Assembly: GCA_001643675.2 (NCBI GenBank)
Contig: LSRY02000010.1
Span: 372,001-436,000 of the forward strand
DNA from: Monocercomonoides exilis PA203
Lineage: Eukaryota; Protista; Preaxostyla
DNA length: 64,000 nt
Reading direction: 5' to 3'
Positions 39,961 through 52,307 of the stretch are shown in pieces (position 1 is the first letter of the stretch; each line of letters begins with the position of its first letter). The notes under the pieces are model-generated. The model saw only the letters and a program-made list of their open reading frames with translations. It was not told the origin of the DNA and searched no databases. The translations under genes and the position numbers were made by a program.

Positions 39961-40635
39961 GATGTTTTCAGATTTCACTTCATTTGAATATGAACTCAGC
40001 ATTTGTTTGTATTTTTTGGTGAAAACATGAGAGAGAAAAAGTTATTTTCAATTTCAAAGTGAAATTTTATTTGACATTCGAATTTTCTCAAAAAAAAAAA
40101 TTAAAGATTCCAAAAAATGAGAGTTTAATGCAAATAAATTGCCTTTCATTATTTCGTCATCTTCTTTCTCAATGAAATCTTTGGAAGATGACTGAACTTC
40201 ATTGGATTCAATCCTGTATAACTTTCCTCCTTCTTTTGAACTTCAAACTGGAACAGCTTTTTTTCAATCTTTGCAATATTCCATTTCAGAGTAAAAATTG
40301 AGAAAAATGATTTTTCATTAAAAAAGAATTGAGAAGAGGCTGAGAAGTGACAAATGAAGAAAAGAAATGTTTATTCAGCTTTATAAGATTTGAATAAATT
40401 GTTTTGGAAATTGAATGGAAGATGCTTTTCCAGAAGAAACACCTTTTCGGTTATTAAACACAATTTCTTTTTTCTTCTTTTCTTTTTTCTTAATTGCTTT
40501 GTTCCATTTCGAAGTTATGAAAAATAAAAAGACTTTGAAAAAACATTCAATTGACTGTTTTAATGCCATTTTGCCAAATGATACAAAAAGAAAGATTGAA
40601 ATTCTTATATCCAAAACCTAACATATTTTATTTCT

Positions 40636-42066
40636 TCAAATATTCACAAAATAATCAGAAATATCTAATGACAATTGATGGTAATTATTTCTGCAAAGAA
40701 ATGGAAGTTTTTCATGAAAGCTTACGATGACATCTTCATATCCTTCTTCTTCCATCTTTTCAATCACTTTCTTTTTCATGATCTTTCTTTCCTCTTTTCC
40801 CTTTTCATCATTCGCTTCATCTTTCAGTCTCTCTGAAATTGAATTCATATATTTCAGGCTGCTAAGTGCAATTTTGTCAATCAGCATCGATTGTAGAATC
40901 TCTTCCAAAACAGCATCTACAGCTCCTCCATTCAATAAATCTTCAACTTTCACAACTTTATTTTCTGTGGCTAATTTAAATGAATAAATGCAGTAAAAAC
41001 AAATTTCTCTATTATTCTCTTTTGTTGCTCTCAACACCCTTGCAATGCTGTCAATTAGTCCAGCATATTCTTCATTCCAAAATTTGCATAAGAAAAAACA
41101 TAAGTCCAATATTTGCAGCCATCTCAACAAAACAAACTCTTCTTTCGCTTCTTTTCCTCCTCCATCTTCTTTTTTTCTCTTCCAATCAACACACTTTAAA
41201 AGCTCTTCCAATTCTCTTCTTGCTTCTTTCACAAAATGCAGTTCATTCGCAATTATCTCTTTTAAGCTTTTGAAATTGTCCAATCGGTCTATTAAAAACT
41301 GCCAAGCAGACTGATAGGCAAGTCGTGTCAGGTTGCGATGCTCCTGATTATATTGGATAATTTCATTGATCTCTTCCAAAAACAGTATTTTCCCCACATC
41401 CTATTCAATATATAAAAATAAAAAGCAATTAATAAAACAAAATATTTTGACAAATCAACAAACAAATCAACAAAGCACACGTTCCATTTTCCAATACAGG
41501 ATAAAGTGAACAAAGCCGTTTCCACTTCCTTTTGATTATCCTCACTTTTCTCTTTGCTCGATGCAACTTTTACAAGGCGAGGTACACAAATCGACAACAA
41601 TTCCAAAGAAAAAACGAAGTCAAGCAAAAGATAACACTCATAAAGATCAGTTAGCAGATTTTCATTTCTCTCTTCCTTTTTCTTCTCATTTTCTTCAAAA
41701 ATCATCCTTTTAATTCTAATGCACAACGATGGATTCTCCAAAGAACTAATAAAAATCATTTTTAACGCTATGCAATATCCAACATGCTTCAGCAGCAATA
41801 TTGCATTTTTCGTTGGCATTTTCTTTTCTTCAATCATTTTTTTCAACTTTTTTGGACAGCTCTGGAGTGAAACTGGATTCTCATTCTTTCTCATTCATTT
41901 CATCAATTATTTTATTCATTTCAAGGATTCTAACTTTCTGTTCAATTTCATCGCAATCTTCAAGCTCAGAAAACAATTCTTCAATAAAAAAGTAAAAAAG
42001 AAATCCAATCAACAAGAGTTCTGTGAACAACTGATACAAACCTGTGAACTTTTTTGTGTTGTCCAT
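40636..42066 (-). pseudogene. Family-1 copy D, three exons, stop/frameshift in exon 2
   Basis: ATG at 42066; TGA at 41881 and a frame change before KKMIEEKK. The last exon is open (ELHFVKEARRELEEL, KMEEEGYED). Confidence 0.8.
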
Positions 42067-43399
42067 CTCCTTTGCATATTATATTTTTTGAAAAGTTGCG
42101 CAAGAAAGCATGCCATTTTGATATTCACATTGAAAGATCATATGTTTGGATTGAAGAAATTAGAAAAAAACATAAATTCAAAAAGACAATAGAAACAATT
42201 GCGTTCGCACCGTTCTATCTTGTGTGGACATTTTCAATTTGTAATTCCAAAGATAAAGAACGCTTTGTCTTTTCTGTTTGTTGTTATGGATGTTTTGATC
42301 AATTGGGATGTTTCGATTTGGAATATCCGTTTACGAAATGAGATTTCAGTGAGTACATTCATCCTGCAGAATAAGTAACATTATTTCATATGATGACAGC
42401 TGGAGATGATGGAGATGCATTGATTTTAAAATTCTTTCTGATTATTTGATAAATTGGACGGCCAAGGAAATGCAACAATTTTATTTATGGACGAAAAAAT
42501 CTGTATGTGTGTATTTTATAGTTTTCTATTGATTGTGAAGATATTTCCATCTGTATCCTCTCCAAAGTACAGGAATACGAGTTGTTGTTGAAATGGCCAA
42601 TCTCCGCTTTGGAGAGCAATACGATGGGAATGAAGCAGGTTATTGTATAGCAATTAGGAAATGGATGAAGTTACGGAAGATACATAATTTTCATAATTTT
42701 TATTTGGAGCAAGAGGTGAAAACAAATTCAACTGAGGTTTTGTTGAATGAAGATAAAAGGAAGGAATTTTGTAAAGATAAAATCTGCGCAAAATTATATA
42801 GTATTTTGAAACGCAAGACAGTGGAGCAGTTTGTGGCATTTTTGGATAAGGAAAGCAACTGGCAATATGGAAAGCAAGATATTTGTTGCTTCAAAAGGCA
42901 AGAATTCAATGGAAAAAAGGAGAGCCCCAAAATATCCGTTTTATTTATAAGATTTTCCTGTTTCTCTGACTGCACAAGGCAGATATGAAAAGCGACGAAT
43001 TTCTGCTTATGATTCCGTTTTTTTTTTTTTCAAATGAAAAAAGAACAGCCAATTACTATACAACCTATTATCGAGCATTTTTTAACAATCAAACAACATT
43101 CTGTCCAATTACATCTGGATTTCATTCTTCGAAGGGACAAACATTTTGAACAATCAAGGAGATTATCATTCGAAGTTTGCTTTCTTCAACGCAACAGGCA
43201 ACTGCAGAAAAATGCAGAATATTTGTGGTCAATCTCTTCAAGCGCAGCCATCCAGAGATTTTATTGTAATGCTCCATTTGCGTGACATTGATGCGGAGTT
43301 GGTTTGTGAGGACTTTGTTGCTTCGTTTTGAGTGTACTGATGTGCTTGCAGAAGTTATACAAGATGGTCATGTTTTCTCAGACGAACATTGAGAGTGGG

Positions 43400-44700
43400 C
43401 AATTTCTCTTGCAGCTGTTTAATATATAAATTTCTGATTGTTCTGCTGTTGGACTGTATTTATCTTGCGTTGCGGCTTCGATAGGAAATGGTTTTAAAAA
43501 AATGGAGAATTTCGTCAGATGTTGCTTTCAACCGAACATATTTTCTGAAGCTGATTGAGTTCACTCTGCTGCTCATATGCCGACACGTCGACTGATCTAT
43601 CATTGCATTACTTCATCTTCTAAGCGCGTTGCAGTAATTATTGAAACAGTGGCTTTTTTTTATGTGAAAGTGCTTCTGCAGCGTGTGGCAGCAAATGCAA
43701 TGAAATTGGAGATTCAATTTGTCAGTGGGAGTCAGCGGCGGTTGTGCAAGAAAAGCAAAAGAATGCTTCGATCAGATGCAGGACAAGGGAGACATTTGTT
43801 GTTGCAGCAGAACTGTGGAAGAAGGAAACGAACGAGAACTTAAGAAGGAGGAAGGAGGCAAATGAAAACATACAAAGAAAAAGGAGTGGAAAAAGAGGAA
43901 GAGGAAGAAGATAAATTTGATCGATTCGAATGAACTGCAAAGACTGCCTTCACAAAGAAATGCTTGAAAAAGAGTTGAAGAAAGAGCAAAAGAAGAAATA
44001 GAATCTGAAAGAGAAATGGAATGAAATGAATTCGATGATGCTCTTTGGACGAGCTGAACGACAAAGGCGAACAAAATTCATCTGCAGAAAAAGCAGACGT
44101 ATTATCTGCATCGATTTTCTTCATGGCCAACAACAGCTACAACAGATGGAAGATTCATTCTGTGTATCAATTAAAGAATTTGATGGACTTTCAAACAACA
44201 AATTCTCAAATGTGAAGAGATTTTTCTTCTCATCAGCCAAAAAAAAAGTCATCAATGAAGATATTAAAAAAGAAAGAAGAAAATATTTTATCTGCAAAAA
44301 CGTGACTTTTGCAGAAATCACTTTGAGAACTACGCTCAGAATAGTAAAAACTATTGGATCAAATAAAAAAAGCTTTGAAAAAAATAAGAAAAAATAATCA
44401 TTGAACTGTTCATAAAAATACCTCAAAAGCACACGAACACACATTCCATTCCAACATATAAGCAGAATATTGTTTAATCAGTGATTCTGTAATTACCATT
44501 TCCACTGCTTATCATTGCTTCTTTCTCCTCCAGGCTTTTTCTTGAATAAATATTTAACTTTCAGTGTTATCTCATGTTTCATTAATCAAAGCATAACTAT
44601 TCATTTGACTTTCTTTTTCAAACAAAAGCTGTTTTGCTCCAGATTTTCTTTTTTTCTGTTTTTTGAACATTAAAAAAAGGAATTTCAGAAGTTTTGATTT
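43400..44700 (+). pseudogene. Family-2 copy 1 (degenerate, uncharacterised)
   Basis: 44013-44450 is colinear and similar to 55864-56330 (GAAATGGAATGAAATGA..., TGAACGACAAA, CAAACAACAAA(A)TTCTCAAAT, TCATCAATGAAGA, CCTCAAAAG). Both follow Glu-rich tracts. Confidence 0.55.
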
Positions 44701-45588
44701 CATGATTTAATATTATTGATAATTATTGAAAAGAATTTAAATAAGGACGCACTTGAATATATGAATTTTTTATTTTGTTTTGTTTTAATTCGCAAAAAGC
44801 GAATCTACTAACGCAACGAGCAGGTTTCCTTCTCAATAATGAGCTTAATCTTAAATTATGGGTGGTTTATGATCAAACTTCGCTAACGAATTAACTTCTT
44901 GTTCAGACCATTGTCCTCGGTGGAAATGACGCTAAATCCTGTTAGTATGGCAGACAGTGAAGGCGAGAATAAGGAATTTGATCTTGTTCAGAGATTGAAG
45001 AGAGTTGAATACTTGACAGATGAAACGCCAAGGAGCCGAACATGGCAAAGTCAGTCCGGAGCTGCAAAGATGATACCAATGATAAAGGAGAAGATGGAAC
45101 GACTAAGAAGAAGAAGCAGATCGAGATCGAGCGAGTTCGAGTCGGATGCAAATTTTATTGTCGTGATCGCGAGAATGAAGCAAGGACAGCGTGAGAGAGG
45201 ACGTCGCACATATAACCGAACGAAGAGACTGGAGGACGAAGAGGATAGTGACTGGGATTCGGAAGAGCATGAAGTTGAAGAAAGATCACAAGGCTTTTTG
45301 GGAGCTTTCCCGGATGAATGGCTGATGCCCTTGAGACAGGTGGGTGAGCTGAAGAAGTTTATGGAGTTATGAAAGGCCGGATCAATCAGATTAAATGAGG
45401 ACGTCTTGAATTCATTCATTCCAGAGTGCGAAAAGGGATTTTAACAGGACATACGCATGCGAGCTGGAATGCCATAGCGGTGACAGCGATCACAGCTGAA
45501 GGAAGAAATGACTCACCAGAAGCTATACGAGTCATTGAGTTGCTCCAACCCGCCCTTGAATCGGGGTTTGAAACTGCCAAGGCGATTG

Positions 45589-47984
45589 GGCATAGGTCTA
45601 AATTGTACCAGTAGTGAATTTGACATTTTTTTATAAAATTTCGATATATTATTGATTGTCATAATTAATTAACACTGTATTATCGAAAAAATTTCAAAAA
45701 TCTTAACTTCAAAAAGCTAACAAAAATTATTGATCAAACCCATAAATATATTTGAGTATTTTTCATTTTGTGTTTTGTAAAGTATTGCAACAATTATGCT
45801 ATTAACAATTAAATTTACATTATCAAATTATATTAATCTACATGTTTCATAAATTTATTTTTTACATCTTGCTTTGCATAGGTTGTGCTCAAATAAAGTT
45901 CGAAGAATGATGCGAACTTGATAATCAGAAATTTTTAAGGGAGAGAATCTCTAAGCAAAGCATATTCATTTATTTTGTAGTGAATGAAACGGATCAGAGA
46001 CAACAGGAACAGAGAATTCATTCACTGATGGAAAATCGAGTGGAGGGGCCATCTGCATGCACAACAAGGGAAATGGAGAACTTTCAGTTTCGAGTTGTTT
46101 GTTTAATAACTGTTTTGCATTCAGTCGCGGAGGCAAAATCATGTGCCATACAATTAAATCTATTCAAATCGAAAAAAATTTTTTTAATTCATGCTCTGTT
46201 CAAAACAATGCCGGAGGAGGATTGTATGTGAATACCATTTCAACATGTGCTCGGATCAGCGGTTGTGAATTCCAGAATTGTAAAGCATACAGCGCTGGAG
46301 GAGGACTTTATATTGAAAAATTTAATGTTTCAGGGTCAGGATGCATTCCAACAGAAAATGGAGAAGGGGAGAGCGCGTGTGTGTTTGACTGCAGTTTCAC
46401 TTCATGCTCAGTCTCAAATATTAAAGGTGGAGGTTTCTTTTGCTATAATATTCCTGCGACAGAATTTAAAATGAGGAGCATTCAGTTTATTTCATGTTCA
46501 GCGCGGCAAGAGGGAGGAGGATTGGAGTTATATCCATACAGACAAGCATCACAAAATGATGTTATTTATTGTTATTTTTTGTTCTTTCATGAAGGCAAAT
46601 GAAGAAATGCAGCCAATCCAAATGGGCACGATATGATACACTTATAAAATTAAAATTTATATTTGGATTCTGGGAATCCGTTCTATGAATGCTCCACCAC
46701 ATACACAGATGATCAGAGAGTGTGCTACGGATATAATCCCTCTGGATCTTAAGTATATCAACATACAGATTAGAAGGATTGGCTGAGCGTCGGGATGAAG
46801 GATCGGTATGTTGGGGTGAGTGGGGATGACTCGAGCAATCTGTGTGGGATGAGTGAGGCAGCGCCGTGCAAGACAGTGGGGCATGCAGTGAGTTCGAGCA
46901 TGGCGCAGCTGAGCTCGACAATCACGTTGCTGAGTGGGAGGCATGTGAGCGAAGGGGCGACGATCAGTGTTGGGGAAAAGAAGATTTCTGTTGTTGGGAG
47001 AGGGAAAGAAGTGAGTGAAATTGGGACAAGTGCACTTTCTTCGCCTGCAACTACTATGTTCAGCATATCTTCTGGCAAACTGGAGACGGGGTATGAAGGG
47101 ATTGACCACAACGCGACAAGAAGCACATCTCCGAGTGTGTTTATGGTGTCTGATGGAAGCGGATCACTTTCATTGGAAGATGTGCTGATCAGTTCTTCCA
47201 CAACAGGAGGGAGAGGAATCTCATCGTCTGTGTAAGATGTAGTGCTGAGTCAGCTGAAGATGATTGATGTGGAGACAGAAAATATGAAAATATCACAGCC
47301 TTTGTTTGTCGAGCCGTCATCAGCAGAATCAGTATCTGGAGAAAATGTTTTTGTGAATGTGAATGTGAAGAATGTGAAATTGAGGAGAGGAGATGGAGTT
47401 GTTATTGCAATGAATGTAAAGTGAGAGGAGATATTTGTTGTGAGCTGCATAACAATAGAGGACTGTGAGTGCGCGAATGGGAATGGAGGAGCGATGAAGA
47501 TTGAGCTGGCGCCTTCTACAAGCAAAGCTCAAATTGGAACATCCACGTCGCAAGATGGAGCGAAATTAAATCTTGTGGATGAATTTTACAAAATATGAAT
47601 AAAAACTTAATTCAAATTGATGTAATATTTCATTTGTAATTCAATGCATTCTTCTCAAAATTTGCAATTCGAATACTTAAAGAAAATTAAAAACAATATT
47701 CTGATTTGATCTTTTCATTAAAAAGAAGTTGATATGAAAAAAAACAACAAAACAATAAATTCAGTGAATAATTAAAATATTGCTCAAATACATCACAAAA
47801 CACAAAATGAAAAATACTCAAATATATTTATGGGTTTGATCAATAATTTTTGTTAGCTTTTTGAAGTTAAGATTTTTGAAATTTTTTCGATAATACAGTG
47901 TTAATTAATTATGACAATCAATAATATATCGAAATTTTATAAAAAAATATCAAATTCACTACTGGTACAATTTGGACCTATGCC
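45589..47984. mobile_element. Non-autonomous TIR DNA transposon (2396 bp) carrying a host gene fragment (Pack-type)
   Basis: TIRs 45589-45778 and 47795-47984 are 190 bp, begin GGCATAGGTC, and show 2 mismatches by eye. The 8-bp TSD GGCGATTG is at 45581-45588 and 47985-47992. No transposase-like ORF inside. Confidence 0.92.
45981..47580 (+). pseudogene. Captured fragment of a Cys/Gly-repeat beta-helix (pectin-lyase/Pmp-like) putative surface protein
   Basis: Repeats of the form F.xC.A...GGG(L/F)Y occur in 46057-46602, followed by YVGVSGDDSSNLCG..AAPCKTV and CANGNGGAM. Stops at 46600, ~46750 and 47233. An acceptor-like TTTTGTAG ends at 45980. Confidence 0.7.
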
Positions 47985-49079
47985 GGCGATTGCAGCCCTA
48001 ACAGCACAAGAATTAAGGAAGGCGCATACAGAAGAAGACGAGAAGGAACGACTGAGAGGACTCTTTTGCTCCAATGCGCTTATTGCAGACTGTATCAGCA
48101 GAATAAGATTTTTGAACGTTATTCACCAGGCGAACAAGGAGAGCGCGAAAGGGTTTCTGGAAGGAGGAATGACCAAGGACATTCCAGAGAATCTAAGAAA
48201 GTGGGTTGAGAGCACAAGCTTTTTTCAAACAGAGGGAGATGCACCAAATTACGGAGTATCCCCTGTTTCTCCAACAGCCCTCGGACTCATCTCGGACAGG
48301 AGTGGGCGCGCAAGAAGTTACAGTACGGGCAGGAATGCCCAGTGCTTCGTCTGCAGGCAGCTCCAAGAACGTGGTCACGATGGGAGCTTCACGAATTTCG
48401 GAGAAAGGAGAAAGACAGCCCAAACTTCACACCAGCATACCCCGACATCTGTTGGGAGGCTTGCCCCGGTCACAGTTCCACTTCCCCCAGCCTTCCCAAG
48501 GATTCAAGGAGGAACAGCAACAGGAACGTCTATTGGAGTGGACAAATGTGCTTTGAAAGAGTGAGGGGGAAGGGAACTGCGCAAAATAGCGAGACGATGA
48601 GAACAGAGAGAGAAGAGAGAGTGGAGAAAGAAGTGGGAGCTGCGCTTTTCCGAGAGATGGAAACAGACAGAAAGCTGACGAGCTCCGAAAGACTAACGAC
48701 AAGAAACCCTAGCTCTTGGCGAAATGAGATCAGTGACGGAAGTGCCGAAACAATACATGAATATCGGAAAGGTGGTGCGGTTGTTAGACCAAGAGAAGGA
48801 GAGAGATCGAGAAACCACAGGGGATAGTGTGATGAAGATATCGAGAGAAGATGTGCAACACGATGCAACGAAAACAGAAGAAGACTCCCCATATCCCCGA
48901 GTGACGAGACAGATGAGCGAGATGAGGAACGAGAAGGAGAACGAGAATGAAGTCTGGAGAGCTTCTGGGATTGTTATCGAGTCCCCAATTGGGAGCGCAC
49001 TGGAGGAGAGCTCGAAGATAGCTACAGTAGATATTCTTGAAGGAGAAGAGGATACACAGATGCAGTATGGCCACAAGAC

Positions 49080-50300
49080 TCCAGAAGTGAAGAGGAGCAT
49101 TGCGAGTGGACCACCGAAGGAGCCACTTCCTTGGAGACTAGTGAACAGACTGAACGAGTGGAAGAAGATTGGGGGAGACACACCAGTGATCCGTGGTACA
49201 AAAGCTCTGTGGAGAAGCCCCCAATCCCCAATCTCATACGAGGAGAGAAAACACAGACAAGAGTTTCGGTGGACGACGGAGATGATGAACAATTATTTAT
49301 CCCTCTTGGAGGAGGAATTGAAGGACGGAGTGGTGAAGTCCGTGCAGGAGTCGGAGGAAAAGTGGTTCAACCCAACATTCATATTTCTAAAGAAGTGGAA
49401 AGTGAAGATAGTAATACACCTGTATGATTTTTTTTCATGCATCCATACAGGGATGCATTGAGATTAATCACACTAGAAATAGCCCAGACCTTGAGGAGTT
49501 TGGGATGGATTCTTTCAGAAGAGAAATTGAACTTGTAATCGACAAGGAGCGTGGAGTTTCTGGGATGGTTGTGGAACTCAGAGAAGATGGAAGTGACGCT
49601 CCAAGAGAGGAAGAGAGTGCTTCTCCTGGAGGATGTACGAACGTGGATAACACTGGCAAAGAAGAGAAAGAGACAGAAGACGAGAGACCTGGCAGCACTC
49701 CTCGGGAGGTTGAATTTTGTGAGGTTACAACACCCACCAGCGAGTTTGTGGATGAAGCGTATGCAATACGTGCTGAGGCAGGTTATAGCCAGCGGGGGCT
49801 GGAAAAGAACGGAAATAGCCAACCCAATGTTGTTAGGAGAGTTGACACATTGGAAGAAGATCCTGCAAGAGAACAGACCGAGGTGTCCGAAGAGAAGGAA
49901 CAGACCAGCAGAGCTAACAACGGATGCGTCAGAGCTGGGATGGGGTGCAGTTTTAACAATACCAACAGAGAACAAAGAGGAGAAGATATATGTCCACGGG
50001 AGTTGGACCCTCCAGGAGAGTGCGTTAGCGATAAACGAGAAGGAGTCCAGAGCAGTGTTGAGGACACTAGAGAGAAAGGGAGTATGACTGAAAGAACAGA
50101 GGATAGACCATATTCGTTTGAGGACAGACAATATGTCCACGAGATGGACGATTCACTAGAAAAGGGGAGCGCCATCGCTCATTCCAACACTGAGGGCATT
50201 GGAGAAGAAATTGAACAGCCTGGACATCTCAATACAGACGGAACATCTCCTGGGAGAACAGAATACAGAAGCAGATGCACTTAGCCGGATGGCGAGAAAG
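49080..50300 (+). pseudogene. Reverse transcriptase / RNase H of the DIRS element (internally deleted)
   Basis: RT remnants: RL..W..IG, KWFNPTFI, degenerate IVIHLYD at the YxDD position, LGW..SEEK, EFLGWLW. RNase H remnants: TTDASELGWGA, INEKE..AV, TDNMST, N.EADALSR. Confidence 0.88.
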
Positions 50301-50702
50301 CCGGACAACGCACTGAGGCGGGAGAAAGTCGCAGAGATATTACAAATAATCGCACCGAAAAAACTAGATATAATTTCAGAACAGATTGCACCGGTACCCT
50401 GCGGAAGTGCTTGGAGACTATCCTCTCTGAGAAGGAGGAGAGAGAGAGAAATGCCAAGAGGCGAGATAGTTCTAGTCCACCCGTTCCTGAGAAACATCGG
50501 ACGGACCCTGAACGAGAAGATGAAGGAAGCCCAGAGGGAACTAACGATTCTGATTCTGCCAGCCTGGCGGGGGCAGACCTGGACCCCGCTACTGCAGCCT
50601 GGGCATTTGACAAAGACCCTGGGGATTTATCAGGAGTGCATGATTCCGGGAGCGAAGATGAGAAGGGAAGGCTGGAAACTACCCCCAGGAGAGGTGATAT
50701 GA
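50300..50702 (+). pseudogene. DIRS methyltransferase-like domain remnant
   Basis: LVHPFLRNIGRTL..K...ILILPAWRGQTWTPLL follows RNase H and resembles the PP..I.R.L.K / P.W..Q.W.P.L pattern of DIRS MT-like domains. Confidence 0.6.
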
Positions 50703-51959
50703 ATCACACTGGAGAGGAAAATATCCCAGGAAGGGACCTCTTCTTAACATGGGAAGAATACGTTTGAGCAAGAGATATTGAAGCAGCAATTCTAAGAAAT
50801 CAAAAGAGCGAAAGAGACACGTGGAGATCGCTGCGAAGATATAAACAATTCCTTGATAAAGAGAGCATGGATGATACCGACCCCCTCACAACTAAAGATG
50901 CCAAATGGATTATGGCAGAGTTCACTGAAACACTTTCGAATACAAACCTATCTTGTTAAGTGATTCATCAGACAGTTCGGAAAGTACTGAATTCTATTAA
51001 CCTATTCAGAGAGACGAAAATTGTTGGGAAGGACATAGAGATATTTCTGAAAACCAATGTGGGAGAGAAACCAAGAAGGGGTAGTGTGATACAAATCGAC
51101 GTGGGATCAAACAATAATGACAAAATGAGCTGAAACAACCTTCGACACAACGGACCCACGAACACTCCAGAGGAGAGCCCTCATCCTCACTATAATTATT
51201 GAAGCATAAAGACCAGCAGAGCTGGAGAGAATGAGAAGTGATACAACGATATTTAATGACGAGTTAGTCCAGACACAAGTACAAACCAAGACGTCGGGAG
51301 GTGAGGTTGTCAAAGTTATTAAAAAGAAACACCCCAATCAACGCATCGATGCAGTAGTGGCACTCCAACGTTGGACGGATTATGCAAAGACAACTTATCA
51401 GAATAAACAGGTGTGGTTTGACATAGAATGGAGCAAGCCTGCAAACTTGCAGAAAATTGAGAAAGAGGAAACGGCTATTTATAGAGAGAACTGAATACCC
51501 GAAACTTTCACGGAGTCCTCGATAAGACACTCAGTGATTACACACTTAGCTAGACGAGAAAGAGCGGACTGGAAGGCAATCAATGCTTTTGCAAGATTGG
51601 CGCCAGGTTCGAGAGTGGACCAGGAATATTATCCCGTGTTACCAGTTCATGACACGAGATGGATCCTGGAGACAATCGGAGGCCCAGTACCCCTTGCTGA
51701 AAAGGGAGAAAAGTCGGAGAAGGACAGCAAAGGAAAAGAGATTTTAAATGAGAATACAGAATCAGGAACAAAGGAGAACACAGAAGAAAGGGCTCAAGCG
51801 GGGGGAGAAGCGGAGACGAGCAAGAGAAAGAATTTGAAGAGACGAGGATCGAGTCGAGAGAAGAGTTCGCATCATGAGAACGATATAGCACAACTCCCCA
51901 AGCGTGATGAGACACCCTCCATAATTCCCCCGCAACATTATGGAGCTCACGGAGGGTAG
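50699..51959 (+). pseudogene. Tyrosine recombinase of the DIRS element
   Basis: RPAEL (catalytic R), TKT (K), SSIRHSVIT (HxxR box, degenerate) and GS.V..EYY (catalytic Y) appear in order, with several stops. Confidence 0.8.
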
Positions 51960-52212
51960 ACAAACTGCCTTGCAGAAGAAGCTCGAAACCGATCGGCGGA
52001 AACGCGGAGAGAGAAGCATAGGACAAATTGTCATGCCCGCTCAAGTACAGAAGACACGATCGAGAACCCCCCGAAGACAGCGCAAGAAGGGGAGGGAGTA
52101 GGGATAGAGGCCGCACCTTCATCCGCAGTCCCTCTGGTCATCCGCCGCACGGCAAGGTGCTAGGTATGAGGGTTTAAGATCAGAGGAGAGAAGAGAACGA
52201 GGGATTTCAAAA

Positions 52213-52307
52213 CTCATTATTGAGGAGCAAACCTGCTCCTTGCGATTGTTGATTCGCGCCATTGCGAATTGATTGAAACAAGAGAGACAGGTTTTCTCCG
52301 AGATAAT
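52213..52307. repeat. Internal complementary region (ICR) of the DIRS element
   Basis: 52213-52270 is an imperfect reverse complement of the left end (44787-44843). 52267-52307 is an imperfect reverse complement of the right end (~52915-52956). The two halves meet at AATT. Confidence 0.75.

Larger units (their letters stand above)
44899..48564 (+). pseudogene. gag-like ORF of the DIRS element, split by the insertion at 45589-47984
   Basis: Removing the insertion and one TSD copy restores ...GFETAKAI-AALTAQELRK... in frame. An additional stop lies at 45372. The gag call rests on position only. Confidence 0.6.

Noticed and set aside
47911-47984. N-terminus of ORF 47911-48564 as a genuine gene start
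   Set aside because: The ATG and first ~25 codons lie inside the right TIR, an incidental fusion to gag with no evidence of expression.
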